In this document: in pieces, positions 1 through 8,715 of the stretch
Layout: the number at the start of each line of letters is the position of its first letter
How positions within the stretch are numbered: the first letter of the stretch is position 1
Source: Akkermansia sp.
GTDB taxonomy: Bacteria; Verrucomicrobiota; Verrucomicrobiia; Verrucomicrobiales; Akkermansiaceae
Reading direction: 5' to 3'
Assembly (NCBI GenBank): GCA_017628435.1
Contig: JAGBZE010000180.1
Coordinates: 1 to 38,939 of the forward strand
Length of the DNA stretch: 38,939 nt
Notes under the pieces: generated by a model
What the model saw: the letters and a program-made list of their open reading frames with translations, nothing else
The model's database searches: none
Told to the model about the DNA's origin: nothing
Program-made: the position numbers and the translations under genes

Positions 1-306
1 CGCGCAGCAGAAGCCGGCAACCCCTCTGCCATGAACAACCTGGGCCTTTGCTACCGCAATGGCGAGGGCACGCTTAAGGACGACACCAGGGCGGCAGTCT
101 GCTTCCACCGCGCAGCCCTGCTCGGCAACGCCAATGCCCAATACAACATGGGCCGCTGCTATTACCACGGGCTCGGTGTACCGCAGAACACAGAGGAAGC
201 CAAACAATGGGTATTCAAGGCTGCAGCCCAGCAGCACAAAAACGCCCAACTCTTCATGGAAGACAACCAATGGCAGATGCCCGAGGCACCGGCAATGCCG
301 CAATAA
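1..306 (+). CDS. Sel1-like repeat (SLR/TPR) protein, 5'-truncated by window edge
   Basis: Frame is open from base 1 (RAAEAGNPSAMNNLGLCYRNGEG...). Two Sel1 consensus repeats (A..G...A.YNLG.CY..G.G...D...A..W...AA). Stop TAA at 304-306. Confidence 0.9.
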   Translation, partial: RAAEAGNPSAMNNLGLCYRNGEGTLKDDTRAAVCFHRAALLGNANAQYNMGRCYYHGLGVPQNTEEAKQWVFKAAAQQHKNAQLFMEDNQWQMPEAPAMPQ

Positions 307-319
307 TTGTTTTTTATCT

Positions 320-348
320 TTTACAGCAGGGCTGCATGATAGTATAAT
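320..348 (+). promoter_or_regulatory. sigma70-type promoter of the MFS gene (leaderless)
   Basis: TTTACA (320-325), 17-bp spacer, TATAAT (343-348). ATG follows after 6 nt. Confidence 0.75.
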
Positions 349-354
349 GCAAGC

Positions 355-1620
355 ATGCAGCCCACTGAAAGCAAATCATCAAAAACACCGTGGGGTTCCT
401 TCTGGAGTCTCACGGTGATTCAGTCTATGAACGCCCTGAATGAAAAAGGGGTGCAATTCCTGCTCATCGGCCTGGGCATATGGATGGCCATGGAGCTGCA
501 ATACTCGCTTTCAGTACTCATTGTGCTGCCCTTTATTCTCTTTTCTCCGCTCGGCGGGTGGATTGCAGACCGCTGGTGCAAAACCCGACTCCTGCAGGCC
601 ATGGTGCTGCTGCAGGTGCTTGTATTAGTGGGCATGACTGCCGGGCTCTGGCTGCAGAACCTTCCCCTGGCCATCACCAGCTTCGGTATCTTCTGTGTGC
701 AGGCCATGTTCTTCAGCCCCGCCAAGAAGGGACTGGTGAAAGACATTGTAGGTTCTGAAAACATAGGCTTTGCCAGTGGCGTCATGGAGATATCCACCAT
801 GCTGGCCCTGCTGGTGGGCCAGATTGGTGCGCTTTATCTCATTTACACGCTGCTGAAGCTCTGGGGGCCGGATTCCGGCTGGCAGGCAGCGGCCCTTCCC
901 TGCGCGTGCTGCACTGTGGGTGCCGTGCTGGTGTTTGCGATGAGTCTTTTCATTCCCCGCTACCCGGCCCAGAGCACCAGGCCTTTCCAGTGGAACCTGC
1001 TTTGGTGCCACTTCTCCCAGCTGCGCATGCTCTGGAATAACAAGGTGCTGCGTAACAGCGAAATCGGCATAGGCTATTTCTGGTTCCTGGCCAGCGTCAT
1101 GATGCTCATCGTGCTGCAAATGGCAGCAGAGGCACACCCAGTTGCCAGCAAAGAGGATTTCCTGCAGGTGCTGGGGCAGCAGAAGGACTCTGCCCTGCTC
1201 TTTGCCTGGCTGAGCGGCGGCTCCATCAGCGGCGGTCTCTGCGCCTCCATCATCTGCGCAAAGAAAATACGCACCTGGGTAGCCAGCGCCGGCGGTCTGG
1301 GCATGACCCTGGGCTGCATTGCACTGGCCGTCCTGCCTTATGGCACACCACTGTTCTTTGCAGCGCTAACCTTCACCGGGTTCACTGCCGCCGGCTACCT
1401 GGTTCCCCTGAACGCACTGCTGCAGGATCGCGCCGATAACGACAAACGAGGCGACGTGATTGCGGCCGGTAACCTGGTGGACTGTCTCCTCGGCATGCTG
1501 GCAGTCGGAGTGCAGGCGGGCATGAAATTCGCAGGTATTTCTCCGCAATATCAATGTGCAGCACTGGCTGTATGCAGCGCTGCCGTTGCCCTCTTCATCC
1601 ACCGTAATACCAAGGCGTGA
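355..1620 (+). CDS. MFS transporter, LplT/Aas N-terminal-like (putative lysophospholipid transporter)
   Basis: 421 aa with about 12 hydrophobic segments. Motifs LPFILFSPLGGWIADRW, FFSPAKKG, VPLNALLQ...RGDVIAAGN resemble the LplT/Aas MFS domain. No fused acyltransferase. Confidence 0.8.
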   Translation: MQPTESKSSKTPWGSFWSLTVIQSMNALNEKGVQFLLIGLGIWMAMELQYSLSVLIVLPFILFSPLGGWIADRWCKTRLLQAMVLLQVLVLVGMTAGLWLQNLPLAITSFGIFCVQAMFFSPAKKGLVKDIVGSENIGFASGVMEISTMLALLVGQIGALYLIYTLLKLWGPDSGWQAAALPCACCTVGAVLVFAMSLFIPRYPAQSTRPFQWNLLWCHFSQLRMLWNNKVLRNSEIGIGYFWFLASVMMLIVLQMAAEAHPVASKEDFLQVLGQQKDSALLFAWLSGGSISGGLCASIICAKKIRTWVASAGGLGMTLGCIALAVLPYGTPLFFAALTFTGFTAAGYLVPLNALLQDRADNDKRGDVIAAGNLVDCLLGMLAVGVQAGMKFAGISPQYQCAALAVCSAAVALFIHRNTKA

Positions 1621-1627
1621 TTCCGGC

Positions 1628-1656
1628 TTGTCAACCCTTAATCCATGTGTTAGCAT
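1628..1656 (+). promoter_or_regulatory. sigma70-type promoter
   Basis: TTGTCA (1628-1633), 17 bp, TAGCAT (1651-1656) with extended-10 TG. ATG follows after 9 nt. Confidence 0.6.
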
Positions 1657-1665
1657 AGCCGCTGT

Positions 1666-2880
1666 ATGAGGATTTCTTCACTGCTACTGCCCGTCTGCCT
1701 CTTAGGTCTGCAAAGCTGCAGCCTGCAAGAACGCATTGACAACGTCAGCTCCGATGTCGCACGGCAATATGCAGATATCCAGACATGGGAGAATCTTCCC
1801 CTGCGCACTATTTCGTGGAATCAGGCCATTGCCATGATGAAGCGGAATAACAACTCATACATCCAGGCACAGAACACTATTGAAAAGTCCAACCGGGACG
1901 AGATGAGCGTGTACACCGACCTCATTCCCGGCGTTTCCTTTTACAGCTACTTCACCCGCTCCCTTGGCGACCTGACCAGCAAGGTGAACAGCAGCGATTT
2001 CTCCAACAGTGTCAACGTAACCTTCTACCTGCCCTCCCTGACTCATGTTCCCTACCGGGTGTATGCCTCCAAGGCAAGAACCTACTCCGCCATCATGGCG
2101 CTTAAGGGCAAGGAGCGAGAACTGACTTCCACCCTGTACACCCTGCAGCGCAGACAGCAGATCAACAAACGGCAGGCTGAGCTGGATAGCCAGAAACCGG
2201 ATTCCACGCCCGATTATCATCTCAAAAAACGGAACGACCAGGCTGAACAGTGGATGGAAATCGCAACCCTGCTGGGGGATTTCTCTGCACGCTGGCAGAT
2301 TCTGCCAGCCTCGGTGCCCAGGTTCAACTGGGAAAAATATCGTCCGCATACAGACAAACTGGATGAGCTGATCGTTTGTAAATTCGCCATGGAGCTGGAG
2401 CAGGCCCGCATGCAGCAGTACGGCATCGCCCTCACCTACCTGCCCACTATCAACATGCACCTGTACAGCCCCTCCCTTTTCTCCTCCTCCGGTGGCACTT
2501 ATTCCGGCACGTTCCTGGATAAGGATGACACCAAGCTCAACATGAGTTTCAACTACTCACTGGATACCGACCTGCACACCTGGTATTCCTACCGCGACAG
2601 CAAGGAAGCTTACGAACTGTGTAAGCGCGAGACCACAGCAAAACTCATTGATCTCAAGCAAAAGCTGCGCACATTGCGCACCAGCATGGACGAATACTAC
2701 ACGTGGAAAAGTTTCATGAACAAACGCATGGAACATCTACGCACAGCCCCCGCCACCAATGCGGCTGAGTTCCTTGAGAACGAAACCACCCTGCAATCCA
2801 TGCAGCAGGAACTCCTCCGCCAGGAAGAAGCGGTCATTGAGTCCGAGGCGACTCTTATCCTGCAGTACGGGCTTCGTTAA
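1666..2880 (+). CDS. Putative outer-membrane lipoprotein, divergent TolC/OEP-like
   Basis: Signal peptide with lipobox LQSC. Two repeated units of helix, LP-beta-strand, helix (YTDLIPGVSF; YLPTINM), with coiled-coil helices, as in the OEP duplication. Confidence 0.55.
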   Translation: MRISSLLLPVCLLGLQSCSLQERIDNVSSDVARQYADIQTWENLPLRTISWNQAIAMMKRNNNSYIQAQNTIEKSNRDEMSVYTDLIPGVSFYSYFTRSLGDLTSKVNSSDFSNSVNVTFYLPSLTHVPYRVYASKARTYSAIMALKGKERELTSTLYTLQRRQQINKRQAELDSQKPDSTPDYHLKKRNDQAEQWMEIATLLGDFSARWQILPASVPRFNWEKYRPHTDKLDELIVCKFAMELEQARMQQYGIALTYLPTINMHLYSPSLFSSSGGTYSGTFLDKDDTKLNMSFNYSLDTDLHTWYSYRDSKEAYELCKRETTAKLIDLKQKLRTLRTSMDEYYTWKSFMNKRMEHLRTAPATNAAEFLENETTLQSMQQELLRQEEAVIESEATLILQYGLR

Positions 2881-2897
2881 TAAGACAAGGCAAGGCA

Positions 2898-3668
2898 TCA
2901 GGCACGGCATACCCGGCTGCACACCTGCAGCAAATCCTGGAGCGCAGACACGCCAAAACAGGCGCACGACTGCAAGCGGCGCAGCTCCATGCGCAATTCC
3001 GCACGAAGCTGTTGAAGACGCTCTACTGGAAGCTGTTCAGACTCCAGCTGCTGGGGAGAAAGCCCCTGCTGCATACGCTCAATCGTACCGGCTCTCCGCT
3101 CAGCTTTAGTACAGGCAGCAGACAACTCGTCAACCACAGCTGCCGCCGTAGCGGCGTCCTGTGCCCGGCGGAGAAGATAAAGCATATCATCTATGGCTTC
3201 ACACCAGCCGGCATAAACCCTCGCAAGCGGAGTTTCCTCAGACTGTCCGCTGGCAGTCTGACTACTCATCTTATAGAAAACAAATAAGGATATCAGCTCC
3301 TCCGCCCCATAGGCATTTACCTCATTCAGACGCTGCACCACCGGCATATATCCTTGTGTAAGGTGAGTCAGGTCGCGCATCGTTTGCTCAAGCATGCGCA
3401 AATCCTCAGCCCGGTTCATAGGAAGTCTCTCCAACTGCTCCACCCCTTTGCGCATGGCCTCCATGCGCGTGCGCAATTCCGCAGCTGCCGCCACACCGGT
3501 TTCGCGGTCACTCACCGTGCGCAGCACCCGGTCTACCTCCCGAGCCTCATTCACAAGCATACGGCAAACCTCCATAGCACTCTCCACAGGCGCCGCTGCT
3601 GCCTGCCCTACCGCAACCGGCAAAGCACACAGAAGGCATGTTCCCCATATGTGACGCTGGCTAATCAT
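2898..3668 (-). CDS. Hypothetical secreted all-helical protein with internal duplication
   Basis: 256-aa ORF with a signal-peptide-like N-terminus and a clean upstream promoter. The two halves share motifs (LRTVSDRETGVAAAAEL / LRRAQDAATAAAVVDEL; NAYGAEEL / ACFGVSAL). Confidence 0.75.
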   Translation of the reverse strand: MISQRHIWGTCLLCALPVAVGQAAAAPVESAMEVCRMLVNEAREVDRVLRTVSDRETGVAAAAELRTRMEAMRKGVEQLERLPMNRAEDLRMLEQTMRDLTHLTQGYMPVVQRLNEVNAYGAEELISLFVFYKMSSQTASGQSEETPLARVYAGWCEAIDDMLYLLRRAQDAATAAAVVDELSAACTKAERRAGTIERMQQGLSPQQLESEQLPVERLQQLRAELRMELRRLQSCACFGVSALQDLLQVCSRVCRA

Positions 3669-3676
3669 CCGCGCCT

Positions 3677-3705
3677 ATTTTAACGGGCAAATCCCTATCT
3701 GTCAA
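3677..3705 (-). promoter_or_regulatory. sigma70-type promoter (near-leaderless)
   Basis: Minus strand TTGACA (3705-3700), 17 bp, TAAAAT (3682-3677). ATG follows after 8 nt. Confidence 0.8.
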
Positions 3706-3710
3706 GCGGC

Positions 3711-3753
3711 AAACGAAACAGGGTCTGCAGCTTCTAACGCCGCAGACCCTGTT
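3711..3753 (-). terminator. Intrinsic terminator of the mmd operon
   Basis: Stem AACAGGGTCTGC / GCAGACCCTGTT (3717-3753), followed on the minus strand by TTTCGTTT. Confidence 0.8.
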
Positions 3754-3775
3754 ATAAACTTAGTTTAAGTAATTA

Positions 3776-5170
3776 TTAATGACCGCTCAGGGTGGTGATG
3801 TAGTAACCGGCGATAACGGCTGTACCAATCACGCCTGCCACGTTCGGGCCCATGGCGTGCATGAGCAGGAAGTTGGTGCGGTCAGCCTGCTGACCCACAT
3901 TGTGGGACACGCGGGCAGCCATCGGCACGGCGGAAACACCGGCGGAACCGATGAGGGGATTGATGGGGTTCTTGCGCCAGCCGGGAACCAGGTTCATGAG
4001 CTGAGCGCAAAGCAGACCACAAATCGTGGCCACAGCGAAAGCCACCACACCCAGACCGATAATCATAATGGTCTGCGGCTGCAGGAAGCGGGCACCCTGC
4101 ATGGTAAGGCCCACAGATACACCCAGCATGATGGTGGTGATATTCATGAGCTCATTCTGAGCGCAGCTTACGAGACGCTCGGTCACCTGGCATTCGCGTA
4201 GGAAGTTACCCAGCATCAGCATACCCAGCAGCGGGGCTGCATCCGGGCAGAGCAGAATAGTGGTCAGCGTCACCAAGAAGCAGAAGAACAGCTTCTCTCC
4301 CTTGGAGACCTGGCGCAGACTCTTCATCTTGATCTTACGCTGGGCCTCCGTGGTGCACAGCTTCATGAACGGCGGCTGAATCAGCGGCACCAGTGCCATG
4401 TAAGTGTAGGCAGCCACAGCGATGGCGCCGAGCAGCTCGGGAGCCATCTTACTGGCCAGGAAGATGGAGGTGGGACCGTCAGCACCACCGATGATGCCGA
4501 TAGCCGCAGCCTGCCCCTTCGTAAAGCCGAGCCACACGGCGCAGAGGAAGGTGAACGCCACACCACCCTGGGCAGCAGCACCCAGCAGCAGAGACTTGGG
4601 AGATGCGAGCAGCGGGCCGAAGTCCGTGAGAGCGCCCACACCCATGAAGATAAGAGCGGGGAAAATCTCGCACTTGATACCCAGGCCGATCCAGTCGAAC
4701 AGACCACCTTCCGGTTTCAGGATGAGGTACTTCTTTGCAGCCTGGCCGGTTACTTCCACCTGACCTTTGCCCACGGTCTTCACAGTCATGGGCTCAGCCA
4801 TGGCCTTTTCATACTCAGCAGCCTGAGCGGGATCCACACCTTCCGTGCTCTGAACATAAGCCGGGTCGGTATATTCCGCCAGGGTAATGGAAAGGAAGCC
4901 TACATCGCGCATATCCTTGCGCACGAGCTCCTTATTCTCGATAGCGACCACTTCGCGCTGAGCCTGGGTGATGACCATGCCGTTGTCCGGAATGTTGGCA
5001 ATAAGAGCACCGAAGGCAATCGGCACCATGAGCAGCGGTTCAAACTGCTTTGCCACACCCAGATACAGCAGCACTGCCACGATACCCCACATCACATACA
5101 TCTGCCAGGTGAGCTGGAACACGCCCATGCCGGAGATGAAGTCCGCGAAGGAATTCAAGAGTTCTTGCAT
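3776..5170 (-). CDS. mmdB: Na+-translocating decarboxylase beta subunit (methylmalonyl-CoA decarboxylase)
   Basis: Family motifs FEPLLMVPIAFG, GVGALTDFGPL, IGIIGGADGPT, IGSAGVSAVPMAARV, LLMHAMGPNVAGVIG. Last gene of the decarboxylase operon. Confidence 0.92.
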   Translation of the reverse strand: MQELLNSFADFISGMGVFQLTWQMYVMWGIVAVLLYLGVAKQFEPLLMVPIAFGALIANIPDNGMVITQAQREVVAIENKELVRKDMRDVGFLSITLAEYTDPAYVQSTEGVDPAQAAEYEKAMAEPMTVKTVGKGQVEVTGQAAKKYLILKPEGGLFDWIGLGIKCEIFPALIFMGVGALTDFGPLLASPKSLLLGAAAQGGVAFTFLCAVWLGFTKGQAAAIGIIGGADGPTSIFLASKMAPELLGAIAVAAYTYMALVPLIQPPFMKLCTTEAQRKIKMKSLRQVSKGEKLFFCFLVTLTTILLCPDAAPLLGMLMLGNFLRECQVTERLVSCAQNELMNITTIMLGVSVGLTMQGARFLQPQTIMIIGLGVVAFAVATICGLLCAQLMNLVPGWRKNPINPLIGSAGVSAVPMAARVSHNVGQQADRTNFLLMHAMGPNVAGVIGTAVIAGYYITTLSGH

Positions 5171-5202
5171 ATCTGATTATAATGCGTTGTTAACATCTAC
5201 CC

Positions 5203-5221
5203 CTGCACCCACCGGGTGCAG
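5203..5221. other. Intergenic GC-rich hairpin between mmdC and mmdB
   Basis: CTGCACCC-ACC-GGGTGCAG perfect 8-bp stem with no U-tract. Confidence 0.5.
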
Positions 5222-5237
5222 AGCCTGCATGCACAAC

Positions 5238-5630
5238 TTAACCAATGTAAGCCAGGGTCTGCCCCTCGGTCACGGTGTCACCGGGCTTCACGGCGAAGCT
5301 GGTCACGGTGCCGTTGGCGGGAGCATAGATGACGGTGTTCATCTTCATAGCCTCCACGGTCATCACCTGGTCACCTTCCTTCACGGCAGCACCGGGCTGT
5401 ACATCGAGGGAAACCACCTTGGCTGCCAGCGGGCTGGGGATGGGGGTGCCGGAACCGGCAGCAGCGGGAGCAGGAGCAGCAGCCACAGGAGCGGGAGCAG
5501 CCACGGGAGCGGGAACCACCACGGGAGCAGCCACAGGGGCGGGAGCAGCGGCCACGGGAGCAGTACCACCAACAGTTTCAACGGTTACATCAAAGGTCTG
5601 ACCGGCAACAGTAATACGGAGCTGTTTCAT
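5238..5630 (-). CDS. mmdC: Biotin carboxyl carrier (gamma) subunit
   Basis: EAMKM biotinylation motif, Ala/Pro linker, and an N-terminal MKQLRITVAGQTFDVTVE strand typical of MmdC/GcdC. Confidence 0.9.
   Translation of the reverse strand: MKQLRITVAGQTFDVTVETVGGTAPVAAAPAPVAAPVVVPAPVAAPAPVAAAPAPAAAGSGTPIPSPLAAKVVSLDVQPGAAVKEGDQVMTVEAMKMNTVIYAPANGTVTSFAVKPGDTVTEGQTLAYIG
5455..5565. repeat. Coding tandem repeats of the Ala-Pro-Val linker in mmdC
   Basis: Imperfect repeats such as GCGGGAGCAGCCACGG encode (A/V)AAP(A/V)P units. Confidence 0.6.
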
Positions 5631-5690
5631 ATCTTTATTTTCTATTTTTTTGAGTTTTGAAGTGTGTTTTTGAGGGGTATGCGTTTGATC

Positions 5691-6113
5691 TCAACGCACG
5701 GGAGAATTGTTCATTGCAGCAGCGCGGCCACCCTGCCCATAGGCAGTGTCTACCGGCTTGATGTCCAGAATGCGAGCCTCATTGCCCACCGTCACTTTGA
5801 CAGCAGCAGCAATGGCGGCAACGACCTGCGGTGTTATGCTGCTCTGCGCAGCATCATAGATGCCGGCGGCAATGGCGGCCACCTGTGCAGGCGGCAGTTC
5901 CGGTGCCACCACGGGTGCAGCCACCGGAGCAGCAGGCATAGCTGCCTTGGCAGCCTCGGCCTGCGCCTTGCGCTTAGCATCCAGACGCTGTGCCACAGTT
6001 CCCGAAATCGTCAGCATGACGCTCAGGAAACTCAGGCAGATAACCACCACACACATGCCGGTCACCTGGTAGATGACGGCATCCATATCGAGTGCAGCGA
6101 GTGTCTGTATCAT
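5691..6113 (-). CDS. mmdD: Decarboxylase delta/OadG-like membrane anchor subunit
   Basis: Single N-terminal TM (GMCVVVICLSFLSVML), Ala/Pro linker and VAAIAAAV motif. Start moved to the ATG at 6113 to avoid overlap with mmdA. Confidence 0.8.
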   Translation of the reverse strand: MIQTLAALDMDAVIYQVTGMCVVVICLSFLSVMLTISGTVAQRLDAKRKAQAEAAKAAMPAAPVAAPVVAPELPPAQVAAIAAGIYDAAQSSITPQVVAAIAAAVKVTVGNEARILDIKPVDTAYGQGGRAAAMNNSPVR

Positions 6114-6141
6114 TGTTTTATTGGTTTGTGAAATAGGGAAA

Positions 6142-7707
6142 TTACAGCGGCATGTTGCCGTGCTTCTTAGCGGGATGCTGCTCACGCTTGCTGAGCAGGG
6201 TGCGCAGGGTGAGCGCTATGCGGGCGCGGGATTCTGCCGGGTCAATGATATCGGTCACCTGGTCAGAAGCAGCGGCAGCGTAGGGGTTGGAGAAGGCCTG
6301 CTCGTACTCGCTCACCAGTTCCTTCTGGCGGGCAGCGCGGGCAGCATCATCCTCAATAGCCTTCAGCTCGCGGCCGTACAGAATCTGCACAGCACCGGCA
6401 GCGCCCATCACGGCGATTTCAGCGCAGGGCCATGCAAACACGGCATCGGCACCCAGCCCCTTGCTACACATGGCGATGTAGGCACCGCCGTATGCCTTGC
6501 GCATGATGAGGGTTACCTTCGGCACGGTGGCGGAGGAGTAGGCATAAATCATCTTGGCACCGTGGCGGATAATGCCGCCGCGTTCCTGCTGCTTGCCGGG
6601 CAGGAAACCGGGTACGTCCACCAGGCTCACCAGCGGAATGTTGAAAGCATCGCAGCAGCGGATGAAGCGGGCAGCCTTGTCGGAGGCATCGATATCCAGG
6701 CAACCGGCCTTCACAGCGGGCTGGTTGGCAATGATGCCCACCACGACACCGCAGATGCGGCCGAAGCCCACCACCACGTTGCCGGCAAAGTTGGCATGCA
6801 CCTCCATGAAGCTGCCTTCATCCACCAGGCGGGCAATCACCTTCTGCACATCCAGCGGGGTGTTGTTGTTATCGGGGATGATGTCGTTCATACCCTCCTG
6901 CGGAGCGATATCGAGCGGCTGACTCAGGTCATGCGGGGGCTCCTGGGCATTGTTGGAAGGCAAATAAGTCAGCAGCTGCTTGGCAATGGAAATGGCGTGC
7001 TCATCCGTCTCAGCCACAAAGTGGGCATTACCGGAAACAGAGGAATGCACGGCAGCACCGCCGATTTCCTCCATGGTGCACTGCTCATAGGTCACCTGCT
7101 CGATCACCTTCGGGCCGGTGATGTACATGCCGGCAGCACCACCCTTGCGGATGATGATGAAGTCTGTAAGAGCCGGAGAGTAAGCAGCACCACCGGCGCA
7201 GGGGCCGAGAATCAGGGAAATCTGCGGCACCACACCACTGGCGGCCACGTTGTTGTAGAACACGTTAGCAAAGCCAGTCAGGGAATCCACGCCCTCCTGC
7301 AGACGAGCACCGCCGGAGTCATTAATCTGAATAATGGGCATGCCGGCCTTGAGCGCATACTGCTGGGCATCACAAATCTTCTGGGCGTGCATATAGCCCA
7401 GAGAACCACCCTGAGCCAGGAAATCCGCAGCAGTGGCGGCCACCGGGCGGCCATCCACCAGGCCGAAGCCCGTCACAATACCATCACCGGGAATATCCTT
7501 CTTCAGCATACCGAAGTTGCTGCAGTGGTGCTTGGTATGCATGCCGATTTCGGTGAATGAACCGCTATCGAACAGCGTAGCGATGCGTTCGCGGGCAGTC
7601 CAGTCGCCCTTGGCATGGCGAGCATCGTACTTCTCCTGCGTAGCAGCGTACTTAATCTTCTTCTGGCGCTGCTCGAGCTCCTCAAGAAGTCTGGGGTCTA
7701 TTGCCAT
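6142..7707 (-). CDS. mmdA: Acyl-CoA carboxyltransferase (methylmalonyl-CoA decarboxylase alpha; PccB family)
   Basis: Motifs TARERI, DSGGARLQEG, GPCAGGAAYSPALTD, DVPGFLPG..QE..GIIRHGAK, RKAYGGAY and C-terminal KKHGNMPL. Operon context with gamma, delta and beta subunits. Confidence 0.9.
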   Translation of the reverse strand: MAIDPRLLEELEQRQKKIKYAATQEKYDARHAKGDWTARERIATLFDSGSFTEIGMHTKHHCSNFGMLKKDIPGDGIVTGFGLVDGRPVAATAADFLAQGGSLGYMHAQKICDAQQYALKAGMPIIQINDSGGARLQEGVDSLTGFANVFYNNVAASGVVPQISLILGPCAGGAAYSPALTDFIIIRKGGAAGMYITGPKVIEQVTYEQCTMEEIGGAAVHSSVSGNAHFVAETDEHAISIAKQLLTYLPSNNAQEPPHDLSQPLDIAPQEGMNDIIPDNNNTPLDVQKVIARLVDEGSFMEVHANFAGNVVVGFGRICGVVVGIIANQPAVKAGCLDIDASDKAARFIRCCDAFNIPLVSLVDVPGFLPGKQQERGGIIRHGAKMIYAYSSATVPKVTLIMRKAYGGAYIAMCSKGLGADAVFAWPCAEIAVMGAAGAVQILYGRELKAIEDDAARAARQKELVSEYEQAFSNPYAAAASDQVTDIIDPAESRARIALTLRTLLSKREQHPAKKHGNMPL

Positions 7708-7768
7708 AATAGTAAATTGGTAAAATATTTCCTACACCGTGGGCTGAGTGTACAGTCCACCTACGTTG

Positions 7769-7782
7769 CCGCATTCTACCAC
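7769..7782 (-). promoter_or_regulatory. Extended -10 promoter of the mmd operon
   Basis: Minus strand GTGG-TAGAAT-GCGG (TGn + TAGAAT at 7778-7773). The -35 is weak. Gives a leader of about 60 nt. Confidence 0.6.
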
Positions 7783-7828
7783 ACCCAACACGCCAGGGAA
7801 AGCAAAATTTACTTATTCACCTAAAAAA

Positions 7829-8710
7829 TCACCCCTGCACCACGATGCGCGGAGTGAGGATGCAGCGGCGGTAGGTGCCGGGGGCCACGTGAGTGCGAGG
7901 CCAGACGATGCAATCATCCATCACCACACCGGCGGGAATGACGGCATCCTGCCCCACCACGCAGTCCTCACCCAGGTCTGCGGCGGCGGAAATGCAGGCG
8001 GAAGGATGTATACGCTCGCGGCTGGTAAGTTCCATCATGGTATCCACATAGCCGGCGGGGGAGCCGATTTCATGCCAGTTGGCCCAGTCGAACACCACGC
8101 CGCCAACCTTCCCCTGCTGAATCAGCTCAAGCCACACAGGCACAATGGAGAACACATCCTCCGCAGGGAACAACTCAGCCACCTCCGGTTCCATGAGATA
8201 CACACCGGCAAACTGGTGCGTACCCGGATTCACTCCCAACGCATGGCGCATATCGGTGATAGCGCCCGTTTTCTCATCAAAGCCCACATTGCGCTTACCG
8301 TCCACACTGCGCAAGGCGAGTGTCACCATGTTTCCGCGGCGCTTGTGCTCCGCCAGCAGATCAGCCACGGGAATATCGGTCAGGATATCGCCATTGTGCA
8401 CCAACAGAGGCTCACCCGGCTTTACCCAGGGCATGATTTTCTTCACCCCGCCACCGGAATCCATCGGCGACTCCTCCTCGCTGAAACTCACCGGACAACC
8501 ACGGTAGTTCGGCTCCGGGAAAGCACGCTCCCACATGAGCGGCAGGCAGGAGATATTCACCATGAACTCCGACACCCCGCAGCGGATGTAGTGGTCCATG
8601 GTATGCTGAATGAGCGGCTTCTGGAAAACCGGCATCAGCGGTTTGGGAAGAATGTGCGTGAGCGGAGCCAGACGCGTGCCGAGACCGGCACCAAGGATGA
8701 ATGCTTGCAT
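7829..8710 (-). CDS. Sugar-phosphate nucleotidyltransferase (MurU-like / NDP-sugar pyrophosphorylase)
   Basis: ILGAGLGTRLAPLT..LPKPL, DSGGG and HNGD motifs, plus a short C-terminal left-handed beta-helix. Confidence 0.85.
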   Translation of the reverse strand: MQAFILGAGLGTRLAPLTHILPKPLMPVFQKPLIQHTMDHYIRCGVSEFMVNISCLPLMWERAFPEPNYRGCPVSFSEEESPMDSGGGVKKIMPWVKPGEPLLVHNGDILTDIPVADLLAEHKRRGNMVTLALRSVDGKRNVGFDEKTGAITDMRHALGVNPGTHQFAGVYLMEPEVAELFPAEDVFSIVPVWLELIQQGKVGGVVFDWANWHEIGSPAGYVDTMMELTSRERIHPSACISAAADLGEDCVVGQDAVIPAGVVMDDCIVWPRTHVAPGTYRRCILTPRIVVQG

Positions 8711-8715
8711 GATTG

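Noticed and set aside
6073-7560. 495-aa plus-strand ORF
   Set aside because: Antisense shadow of mmdA.
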